Shown here one piece after another: positions 27,494 through 39,000 of a stretch of DNA of 64,000 nt; the first letter of the stretch is position 1, and each line of letters opens with the position of its first letter. A program made the translations under genes and the position numbers. The notes beneath the pieces are model-generated. The model searched no databases and had not been told where the DNA came from. It worked only from the letters and a program-made list of their open reading frames with translations. Origin of the DNA: Balanoglossus misakiensis (Eukaryota > Animalia > Hemichordata); the NCBI GenBank assembly GCA_040954595.2, contig CM082577.2, forward strand, positions 3,429,703-3,493,702, written 5' to 3'.

Positions 27494-30400
27494 AGAGAAC
27501 GAGAGAGAGCGGGTGCGTGATGGCACGAATGTACAAGGCCGACACTGACGTACGATCACCAATTAATCTTCGTAAAGTTCACTTACATCGCTGACGAGTT
27601 CTCTGATGTTGACGGCCAATTTACGGCTTTTCTATTACTCTCGGTCGATAGGAGCATCGCCATTTTAATTCCTCCGATACAAGAGGAGAATACGTATTAT
27701 TTTAACGTCTATGGGTAGAGGACAACTGTTAACTGCCAGTTTCTCAAAAGAATCCTTATATTTTATGCAAAATAATGCGCAAAATGACATTTCTATAAAT
27801 CGTACTTGAAGTGGTGGCATTTTCTCCACCGGTGTCGTGCGTTATGTGTGTCCAAGGTGACTGTGGATAGATTTCAACACGTCAATTTAAAATCAGAACC
27901 ACATGTAACTAACGATCAGAAAAATAGGGATCAAAACATCCGCCACAATGGCTGCTTGCCAGAAACCACCGTATTTTGCATTTTCAGCCCGCCGATTCGT
28001 GACAGTGCCGTAGAAGTGAGACAGAAGGGAAGAGGAAACAGTGATGTAAAAGAGATGACGTCACCAACGTTATCTCCGAAAACAATATGTTTGTTGGAAA
28101 CGTCTGGCAAATATACTAGTCACATGTGCAGTAGTCACACAACAAGATATTTCTCCGACCTCTGACAGACAGGAAATCTGCTCTCTTTCGGATTACATCT
28201 GTCTGCTTTCGATAATAATTTCAGAATTTCGGTTCTGGAAATTCGAAAAGCAGTTTCACTTTCTAATAGAATACCCAAAGCATGATGAAACGCTGGTTAT
28301 TCTTGTCAATACAGTCTCCCGTTTGTTCGGTGTGCTTCGTTCATGGCTGAATTTAATTCCTGTATACAAAGAACTGAGATAGTGGAAAAGAACAAAACAA
28401 CATCCACGTTTCCATAAAGTATATTGTTGGGTGACTCAAAGGTCAAGGAACAGCACGGATTTGTGAATATTATCACCTTAACGCAGTCGAGAGTTTCGAA
28501 ATCACGGTGCAATATAAAAGACACAGAAAAGAAGGCCCAATACTAGTGCGGAAGGTTGATTATGGTGGAATATCTTCTCATTAGAAATTATGATCTTGTC
28601 AAACATGAGCCGTCAGTGAAATATTCCCATCGGGAAGTGTTTGCTGGACTGAAATAATGGACGGTGTGGTGTGGCGTAATACTGGTCTATAAATTCAACC
28701 ACGCGAGTTTTTGAGTCTAACAGACTGCGACGTACTCGAGTTATCGTCGTCATAAATTGATCTGTACTTGCACGATCGCTTCATCGACCTCATCGTGTAT
28801 CCAAGCAACCGACAAACCAACCACCTGCATTATACTACATCACAGTGCTGTGCAATGACTCTAATACGCTTATTAATTTCAATTCCCTCGTTTTTATAGT
28901 GTACCATACAGCGGAGAATGGTCACGTTGAATGTTTACAGTGGTTGCTAGAGAACGCGAAGGCCGATCCTCACTTGGTTGCCAGGGACGGCAGCATGCCT
29001 CTCCATGCTGCAGCCGAAGCAGGCAAGTATTGAATCGTAAGCATACCTGGCAGTCACAGAGATCAGTCTACTTTATCTTGGCGGGGGTGGGCGGGGGCGA
29101 TTAACTTTTAATGGCAATTTGTCAAATTTCACACGTTTTAGATGAGTTGGACGTGTCTTGTAATGTCACTCATTACAGAAATGACGCCTTTTCGACAAAC
29201 GTGACCGATCTCTGTTTGTAAAACATGCTCATATGATAGCTATTCAAATTAGCGTGTTAGTTTCTTGCTTCTAAAAATCACATATTCACTCAGGATTGGC
29301 TAATTCATCTCTAATTACTTCGCACGATTCTGAAATAAAACTTGTTTTGCCGATGATGTATTTACAGCGAGACAACGGTTTCAGCTTTTGAGGGCGCTAT
29401 AACCGAAAGACTGAAAAAAAAGTATACGGATCGCAGATCGACAAGTGTCGCCTTGACAATTTCAGGGAAATGAGAAAATGACAATACCAGTTGTGTTTAG
29501 AACGCCAGAAAGAACAGCGTGGTTATTATTATGGTTTATAATTCTTTTGCAGGTCATTTACAAATCGTGCACTGGTTGGTGCGACGAGAATGTTGTTCGC
29601 TGGCATCGCCAAGAAGCACTGATAACGCCACGCCAATTCACCTTGCGGCCGGTAAAGGTAAGCGCGGCCAATGATACCGCGGACGCTGCGGTTTTGTTTT
29701 TGCGAGCAAGAATTCATTTACTATAGACTAACAAGCTGGATACTGAGCATGTTATTTGGGAGAAGAACAAAAAATACGCAGAATAACACTACTAGAAAGC
29801 TAATCAAAAGTTACAGCTGCGGTCACTTTTTTTCTCTCCGAATATTCTTGTATCTTGCACCCTCTACAGGCCGAAGCAATATATTACAATGGGCTCTACA
29901 GCAGAAACTCTCCACTGCCAGCGAGATCGACCGCAACGGGCAAACACCGGGCCACTATGCCGCCCTCAACGGCCATCTGGAAACTCTGCAGGTCTTTCTG
30001 AAGTTCCAAGAAGTTGATCTCAACTCGGAGGATGACGATTACCACACTCCAAGGTTGGGACACTCAAATGTCATCAGCAAACATAACGCGCGAGTTAAGA
30101 TTTTCATCAGTTCTTGATGGTTTTGCCTATTTTATAATGTATTATCATAATTATCATGATTATGAAGGGTTCTTATCTATAGAACGGGGCTATACTCTGT
30201 GCTCATCGCGGGACACCTGTTGGCATTTCCCAGTTTGACGCGTGGCTTTGTCTCAAGCACGTCTAAAGTCTTGTGAACGAGCAAACCATGCGCATTTTCC
30301 GTTTTGCTAAGAAATAATTTCAATAGTGCCACGATGGTAAGGCTAACAGCACTAAAGCACTCACTGGAAAGTCGATATCTATTAATGTTTGCCAAAAACA

Positions 30401-30749
30401 GGTGTACATCGTAAGAAAGCTATTTCTTTTATGTAAACTCCGCACCATACATGACCGTATTCACTGAATGATTGGCACAGGATCTTCGCATCCCGACCGT
30501 TTTAAATTCCATTAAATAAACTGTCTACCTATATGTTACATCTCTCTCCATCCAACAAATCAATCCAGGGACCTGGCCGAACTCAACGGACACGAAGCCT
30601 GCGCCAACCTGCTCAGCGTCATCCAGTCGTCCAAGAAACGCGGCGGCAGTTTTCGATTGGTCAACAGACTCACCAGATCGCTGTCCGGACCGGCGAGACC
30701 GGACAGAGGGGGAGACAGGAGGGCCTCTATGAGGAAGACCAGGGAACGG
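21644..30749 (+). CDS. Espin-like ankyrin-repeat protein, 3' end unresolved; join(21644..22355,28900..29022,29553..29657,29870..30053,30569..30749,...)
   Basis: Phase-compatible exons (1,1,1,2,0) give consecutive ankyrin repeats: GRCALHVAAHDG, GRTALHYAASGG, GKTA|VYHTAENGHVECLQWL, ADPHLVARDGSMPLHAAAEA|GHLQIVHWLV, NATPIHLAAGK|G, GQTPGHYAALNGHLETLQ, HTPR|DLAELNGHEACANLL. The pattern recalls the espin/ESPNL N-terminal array (ADPH..A.DG..PLHAAA..GH...WLV; DL...NGH..C...L). Confidence 0.85.
27421..27488. repeat. (GA)n microsatellite
   Basis: About 34 perfect GA units within a longer purine tract. Confidence 0.98.
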
Positions 30750-33011
30750 GTAAGGCTTTGAGGGGAAATGCGGTTTCCAATAAGATGCATGGAGCAATTT
30801 GATGTTTACGCAGTTTTGATCTTATTGTGTGTCGTCTTCTTTGATTATAATTTAAGCTTATGCAGTGTTTTACGTAACTCATATTCTGGGGTATATGGCT
30901 AAGAACGCAATATACATATCAACAGTACCCTATGCGAAAGTGCTTTCCAAATTTATGTCTTTTTCGATATATAATTCTTCATGCATTTCATATATATGTT
31001 ATATAATACACACACACAGTATGTAACGTAGGGCATACCATATATTCATGTCTTATAAGACCGTATAGATGTTACCAGTTCGATAATTTGATTATTCTGT
31101 TTTGGTTTTTACGGTATGTTTTATGAAGAGTCACATTTTCATGTTTCCATATTTAGATCAAACGACGTCATATTATTAGTGATTTTAAAGCAAATTGACA
31201 GCAAATTTCATGTACCCACATTGCATTGCGCCGTACAGTTTCACACATTTCAGGCTTGTAAGGATATAAACGTGAACTTTGCTCTATTAATATTAAGAAT
31301 AAGAGAGTCGTGCCTCTAATCATTAGAAACAATATGGGTGAGCTTACCTTAAATCCTGCTAATACGGCCAGCGAGTTATTCTGGTGCAGGGGAAGGCGAC
31401 GGTGACTCTCTTCTCGGCCGATGCCGAAATTCAATCTCCGACAGTATTCCGCGACGGTGTTTTACTTCCAAGAGTGAAAAAGATTGCCGCCCGGGGGCTG
31501 CGTTGAATCGACGACTCGTGACAGAATCGAAACTATGACGCCGAGATTCTGAATCCGTCACTGTTTTCAAGCACTTGCTGGAAGATAGCGCTGTAATAGC
31601 TGTCTCCGTGGCGTATCCGATGTCTGTAGGTAGACACAAGAGTTGCGCCCTGTTGGTTTCGTATTATGGTTTGTGCATCATAGCTGCCTCTTTATAGGGG
31701 AAATGAAACCAGTCCACTCTTCGGGAGAAGTGATCAAGTTTCTAACCTTCATAAACCATCTTTAGCGCTGATCGAATATTGTCGGTGTTTTTTTTTTTAA
31801 TTTTCACAGAAAGGGTGCCGAAAGAAAAGCTTTATCGAATGGCGTAAAATGAACACTATGTCACCATGCATGATTTTTTGATAGAGCCGTTTAGATATTT
31901 CAACCGTAGAAAAACTATAGCACAGGGAGTGCAAGAAAAGTGATGACTGAATATGTTACCCCATATTTTAGACCCCTAACTGAAACAGTAGGATTAATGG
32001 AACACCCTGTTTACTATCTTATAGTGAGAATACTCAATACGTGGATTTAGATGAAAGGCGACTCCCTTCTGTTCGACCATGGGAAATTCGTTTTTAAGGC
32101 ATCTTATACAGTTACTGTAACGTAATCATACGCGGATATCAATTTTACTCTCAAGGGTTTTAGCAGTTGTAGCTGTAGTGGCCATCACTATCAGTGATAT
32201 TAAAGTGGAGGGTCGTCTGAACTGCGCATGTGCGACTTTTCTGTTCATAAACGCACCACCTGCTTTGTTCCCACGCACTGTTCAGGGAGACCCTGCCATG
32301 CCAATCGATACATGTCATAAAAATAAGTCACACGCATTCAACAGCTGTACGTAATTAGCATGTTTGCTTATGGTTAATCAGCAACCTGCTTGGAGTATAT
32401 AAAGATGAGGTGACAAGCGACACAAATGACCATAGTTTCCGAAATGACTACAAAATGTTCCTAGTGGGCGCCTCGCCGCTCGGAGCTCGACACAGCAAGC
32501 GCAGTTGCAAACAGCGAATCGCAAAACAATTTGTGTTTTGGGTATATTAGAGCAAATGACAGACCAATTAGGCGGTAATGGGACCGCTAAGAACTGTTAT
32601 AAAATTGCTTCGTAGTTATGTATTTGAAATATGGTTGAAATGCCAATCTTGCAGATTGATATCAGAATTTGCGTAGGCGTGTTTTTGCACGCCCCCACAC
32701 TTCACAATAAATCTTGGCTGTATGCACAGAACACCCTGGTATCGACAAATTCGACAATGTGAAAAAAAAACTATTATTTATCACCATGCATACATGGTTT
32801 TATTTGAACAGAACTGTTCACTACGAACTGGCTTTCTTCAGTGTGAAATTACGATTGCGTTTGTATTCTGATGTCATTTTGACACATATTGTAGTTCTGG
32901 GCGGGAGATATTGTCGTGCGTACACGTACACATTGACACAGAATCAGTCACGAACTGAATGCATGATCGTGATGTATGTTTGGATACTTTAGATATAAAA
33001 ACGATCGATTG

Positions 33012-33095
33012 ACATACATACATACATACATACATACATACATACATACATACATACATACATACATACATACATACATACATACATACATACAT

Positions 33096-33140
<45 letters not shown>

Positions 33141-33146
33141 TAGATA
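33012..33146. repeat. Compound (ACAT)n(ACAG)n tetranucleotide microsatellite
   Basis: Directly visible perfect runs. Confidence 0.98.
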
Positions 33147-34104
33147 ATTGTGGCAAGTGGAATAAAGGGCATGTATACACAGGTCAAGGTCACCATGTAT
33201 ATTCTGTGCCAGTTTTAATTGTCGCTCGATCGCTATCGGAAACGATTGCTTAGGTTCACAATGCAAAAACGCATTTGAATCAATTGAAATGTTCTGGGTG
33301 TGTTGAACATGTACTTAAATGAATGTTTAATGTCTTTTGACAACCAGTTCTTTTCCAAATCTTTCCATTTTGGAGTGCTTAGTACATATTCAAGCCATGC
33401 AGTGCTTGCAAACAGCTACCCTGAACTGGCCCCATTATCACGCGCGGGGAACGTGATGACCTTTGCTTGCATACATCGCATGGCATCCGGTGGGCGGTGC
33501 TTGGAGATACATGTAATATTCACATGGGCAACAGACGTTGCTAGGGGCGGGGCAATTTAGAGCCACTTCTCGATTAATGATCACGCAGTCACTGTCGAGC
33601 GTAGCTTGTACATGTATATTTTGTTTGGCCCCAGTGATGGCTCCCAGACAAAAACCGATGGCGACGACATGACCTTGCATTGTGAAATGTTACGAGACAT
33701 TAGAAACGTTTATGGGGTAGACATGAAACAGGCAGGAAACTGTGTCACAAAATAAGACAATAACAGGCTACAAAATGGCAAGAACTGGACATATGTTGAC
33801 GAAACCAGGAATGAAGAGCCATATATTGATTTAATACCCGGCATACGATTATATTTATCGAAACGTTGATGTGGCAAATAAATGGCGAGGACAAATACAT
33901 AAGAGAAAATATATAATGGCTATGATTAATTGGTCAGTCTGCTGTTTGGGGAGTCCAATAATATTTTTCAAGGTAAAAAAAATCCAACACAGCTAAATTG
34001 GAGACTACAGCATTAATTTTATACTAAAATGTTTACAAAATGCTTCCTAGAAAAACTGCATGGTAAATATATGAATGGTCATATATTCATGCGCAATGCA
34101 TACC

Positions 34105-34170
34105 ATAATTGCCAGTGTGCACCATAGGGAACTGAGTAATTTTGTTATTGTTATTGTTGTTGTTGTTGTT

Positions 34171-34215
<45 letters not shown>

Positions 34216-34505
34216 AAGATTGGTAATAAAATTAAAAAAAAAATCAATGTTCATTTCTTGCTATGTTTGTCGATGTTGTAGATAACTAAAAAAAAAACAA
34301 CCATAATCGTGGAAAACACGACCTAGGTCGCCGAATGTCACTACCGTCTTACATACAGGCCTGTATGTAAGACGGTAGTGACATTCGGCGACCTAGGTCG
34401 TGTTTTCCACGATTATGGTTGGGTTTTTTTTACAGTTATCTACAACATCGACAAACATAGCAAGAAATGAACATTGATTTTTTTTTAAATTTTATTACCA
34501 ATCTT

Positions 34506-34574
<69 letters not shown>

Positions 34575-34622
34575 AACAATAACAAAATTACTCAGTTCCC
34601 TATGTGTGCACAGGTCAATTAT
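34105..34622. repeat. Long spacer-less inverted repeat (palindrome) with arms of about 255 bp, containing (GTT)n/(AAC)n
   Basis: Centre ...CTTACATACAGG|CCTGTATGTAAG... between 34359 and 34360. The arms match out to GTGCAC-CATAGGGAACTGAGTAATTTTG and CAAAATTACTCAGTTCCCTATG-TGTGCAC. Confidence 0.97.
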
Positions 34623-35827
34623 AGCTGAATATGCCTTCGCACGCAGCATGCCCCGCGCCACTCATTTCACAGCACCCAGAGATTAATCTTCAGTCCCTTT
34701 ATTTTGACACCTTCCCACCATGCAGTCACGAGCTGATCATAAGTTGTACCAGGCGCACGTTTATTTTTTGCTATTCTCCAGTTACATTCTCTTTCCGTTT
34801 TTAATTTCCAGATCGCAGCTTTGTATAACAACCGATTGAAAGGGAGAGTGGACACACCACATCTTAACTGCAGAATTTGTTGATCTCCATGACCTTTCCT
34901 GAACCAGCATGATTGACACCTTCATTTTCGCCTGTTTGTGTGTTAGTGACCCATTTTTGCACTGCGTGTTTAACGCCTCAACTCATATCTTTTCACTATT
35001 TTTGGCATTCCACTGATGACTTGATAATGTCCACGCCCAAATCTGAACCTTAAATTAAGTTCCACTGGTACTGTTGCTGGCAGTTTAAACTACAGGTAAC
35101 TTCAAACAGCTGACCATTTTAATAAAAATGCACGTGTCCTTTGAAAACTCTCATTCGGTGCATTCTGACATGTATAAGAAGGCGATTATAAATTGAGTTG
35201 ATATCGGTGTACGCGTAGGAAATTTCCTTGACAGTAAAATTCTCTAGATGTTGAGGGGCCCAGCAAAGGAGAGACTTCGCCCACACCTCCTGTATTCGAT
35301 AACTGTTGAGTGAATGTATAGAAAGGGGACATTCTATGGTTACATCGAGCCATGATTGAACTCTGCCCCTTTCAGATACTTTATAGCAACTCACAATCAG
35401 TCGCAAGATCAAAGGTGTTCCCGTGGTCGCATTCCACGATTTGAACTCCTTTTTGAGAGACGTTCCTTACGTGCATGTGTCGAGGAACTATGCGTAATCT
35501 TTTCCCAGGGTGCCAGGCATTGTGTATTGTCGTCTGAACTTGGTAAACCATAGAGCTATAGGGCCTTTAGGTAAATATAACTCAGTAGAACAATGCACCC
35601 GTTCACGAGATTCCGTGGTTCCAAGCAAAGCTTTGCGAGAGTTTATACAGCAACAACGGCCCCAAAAGTCCATTACAACCTCAAAGCTTTGTGTTTTAAC
35701 AGGGGCAGTAACCCTGAAGGGGAGAGTGTACACCTGTGGTGTGGCCATGCATACATGATGTTGAATTATGGTTTCTGTGTCAGGCACTGAACTGAAACCC
35801 CACTTGTATTTTGTTCTTTCATAACAG

Positions 35828-36052
35828 ACGGAGACCTTGAAGAGAAACGCGAACAACAACCGACTCACTGTTCACTACTCAGACCTGGGCGGAGACTACA
35901 GGAGATCCGGGACTACCTCGCTTTTCGAGGACGGACCTACCGCTCCCACGATTGCCCAAGTGGGACTCGTGCCCCTGTTTGCTGCTTGCCCTGACGAAAC
36001 TCTACATTCTGCTTTACTCAGAGCATCTCCAGTCCTTTTTAAGAAAATATAA
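35828..36052 (+). CDS. Candidate terminal exon of the ankyrin-repeat gene
   Basis: Good acceptor (CTTGTATTTTGTTCTTTCATAACAG) and a GC-rich, exon-like island. The phase-0 frame matches the donor at 30749/30750 and reads TETLKRNANNNRLTVHYSDLGGDYRRSGTTSLFEDG...FKKI*. Alternative exon candidates exist at 31327 and 31390. Confidence 0.35.
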   Translation, partial: TETLKRNANNNRLTVHYSDLGGDYRRSGTTSLFEDGPTAPTIAQVGLVPLFAACPDETLHSALLRASPVLFKKI

Positions 36053-39000
36053 TTTATCGGACAATCTAAATTCAGTCACGTGATGTAATTTGGTGAAGGG
36101 AGCCAGGATGCAAACGCTGGCCTGTCTATTGGCTTTTCAGAGAGGCCCTGCAGTTTTGAAGGTTTTAATAACGTTCAGTACAAAACCACTCAACTTCAGA
36201 TCCCGAGCTCAACTCTGTCCAGAAATCAGATGTCGCAGCCTGTGTTTTGGTAAACGCAATCATAAATTGTTATACATTACAAAATAATTGCGATCGCACC
36301 CATCCATATTCCGTAACAACATAAGTCAAACATCACATCCACATGGCCAGTTGTTAAGGCAAACACAAAATAAAAGTACACAAAACCAAGTCAGATCCAC
36401 AAACGAAAGACACGTGGACCCGTGGCAAAAAGATTTAGAAGTGGGGCAACGGATTTCGAAAATAGCGAGTACACCCTGCTCCTTATCTGGGACTTTCCAT
36501 ATACATGTACAAGGATCAATATTCAAGTCAATCTATCTAAAGGCAAACGTCTCTGATGCCGCCAGTGATCATTTGTCCAAGACATGCAGGAGTCAATTTG
36601 CATATCATTTGATCTACCTTGATTCATGATTCAAGTTCTGTGGTTCGAGTTTCACGTTCTAAAGAAACATACAATGTACCTGTCACTTCACTTCATCTAT
36701 GACAGCACCTTCTGGTTATAAGAACCCATGTCATGCATAAATTACATGCGGGTTGTACATACAATTGGCAGAAGGTATGCATGCAGTATAGGCATAGACA
36801 TCTGCTAAATTAGCTAATCTACCAACACTGAGCAAACACCTTGAGCTTAGGTTTGCCTGGTCTGTAGTCTTGGCTATTTGAGGCTCTGACCTCTGTTATG
36901 AGAAGTTAACTCTCTCCCCTTTGACCCCTATCAGCCGAGTTCCATGGTAACAAGATCACCTGAGCATCATTTGCTGTCACGTGAGATCATTTCGACCTCG
37001 CTCTTTACTGCCAACTTGTATCATATCAGAAGAATAAATTATATTTTGCTTTGTGTCAATAAATTGGTTTAGAACAGATATTTTTGTATCGTGTCTGTTC
37101 TCGTGTTTATGGTGAGATTGTCTGTAATGTCAATGCTACCAGTGTGATACAGTCCTTGTGTCAGTTGATATTTGTAAGTCACAAATGAAAGTTGCCAGTG
37201 TCATGGAGCTCAAAATAAACCACTTCAATATATTTTGCCGATGCACATAGAACCTGCTTTTTGTCAGGCAAATTTACCCTCGATCAGCCATATTGGATCA
37301 TCTTTCACAGACGCACACGTACACGCGGCAGACAAAATCTCATTATTTATCTCCACACCATTTTATTGTGAACATTTGTGCTGAGAGTGTGGAAATTCTG
37401 TGATAACCTAAGGTGAAGGTACAGTTGTGAATATTGGAATTTATATTTTACACAGAGTTGAATTTTTTGTGATATTACATTGGTAACTATGAACATGGAT
37501 AATAAGTATAGTCCTTTCATCGGTAATATCACCCGTCAGAGCCCCTTCGCAAAGAGGCCCCTGCCTCTGAAACCATTTACAATATTGACGGAAAGAACTA
37601 GTACTCTTTATAGTGACTGCAGTTGAATAGCAAATTGACCTGAAATAAATATTAGTGGCGGTTTGTTGTGACTGTGAATTGTGGAGTGATAAAGTTACAA
37701 AAATGCGTGATGATGCCAGTAGATTTGTTAACATGACATCAACAATTAATGTAACGTGAGGCTTATTTTGCATGTTATTCTACAGCTTTGCATAACTCAG
37801 GTGTTCGTGTTTACCAGTATTACACCACGCATGTGACCATGGTCCTGTATTTGAGATTGCCTTGGCAACGAATATTCTTGTGTTTTTATATACAACTGTG
37901 CATTACACTGTTTCATAAACAAACAAGTTACAAATAAGGGACGGACATAAATGCATATATGAACAGTAGAAGAATGTATCTTCCACGTCGATACTTGAAG
38001 GAAATCATGGTACATGGACATCACACATTTTACATGTGCTACCGTTTAATAGGCCACTTGCGCTACTGTACATTTACTAATGAGCGTCAACTGTGGTGGA
38101 GAACAGGTGCTTGAACATGCCTGAACATTATGCAAATTGGGAAAACTAAAGTTCTTATCCTCTTCTTTTTTGCCATTAACACCTTTCGATTATAGCGTCT
38201 CGGTGACAAACGTGTCAGTCAGCACATGTTCATTATGTTATTTGCAATGTCGTTTCTCGTTACTTAACACGTACCGTGACTTTTGCATAATGCAATGATG
38301 ACGTATAGGTGTGGCTGGTGTAAACAGCTCATTGAAAATGGTGTCTAAAAGGTAAAAGACTTGAATGAGAAACCCACTGTTAGATGATCTCATGAAGCCC
38401 TCATCACCGACTTTATCTATAACAGATAATTTATTTTAATGAATAACAAAATGTTGACACACTGTTAAATGCAATTCAGACATCAAGGGCCAGAGATTGA
38501 TGAGAGAGGCTGCAAGATATGCGTTTCGAACATTTCGTCTCAAAATTTGAGGTATAAAATAGTAAGCTGTAAAGGTATTAGTGAATACTCCCTAATTTTG
38601 TCGTCGGTACTGGTATACATCAGATGCTCAACGTGAGTCGTGGATATATCGATGACTCTTATTGAACTATCTGTACAATGTATTCCTGACAGGCGTAGAA
38701 GTATATATTTAACTCATTCAGTCTAATTTTGATGTTTTGAATAAAGGTAGAAGAATCTATGTATGTAAACTTTATACCTACAAGAATGTCAGTCACTGTG
38801 CTGGTAAAGATTTACTAGTACATGTATATCAATAAATTATAATGACTGATAAGATTATGACATTCCAACTACAGAGGTATATTCAGTTCACATATGGCGT
38901 TCAAATTTCTTTCTTTGAATATGATTTCTTCGAATTGTTTTATGAAATATTTTGATCAAGCAGGGACTATGCCATTGGCAATGACTTGTCGTTGAACAAA

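Noticed and set aside
27299-27562. ORFs with ER/SL repeats
   Set aside because: Translations of the (GA)n microsatellite.
32874-34281. ORFs with MYVC, poly-T or poly-V repeats
   Set aside because: Translations of tetranucleotide and (GTT)n microsatellites.
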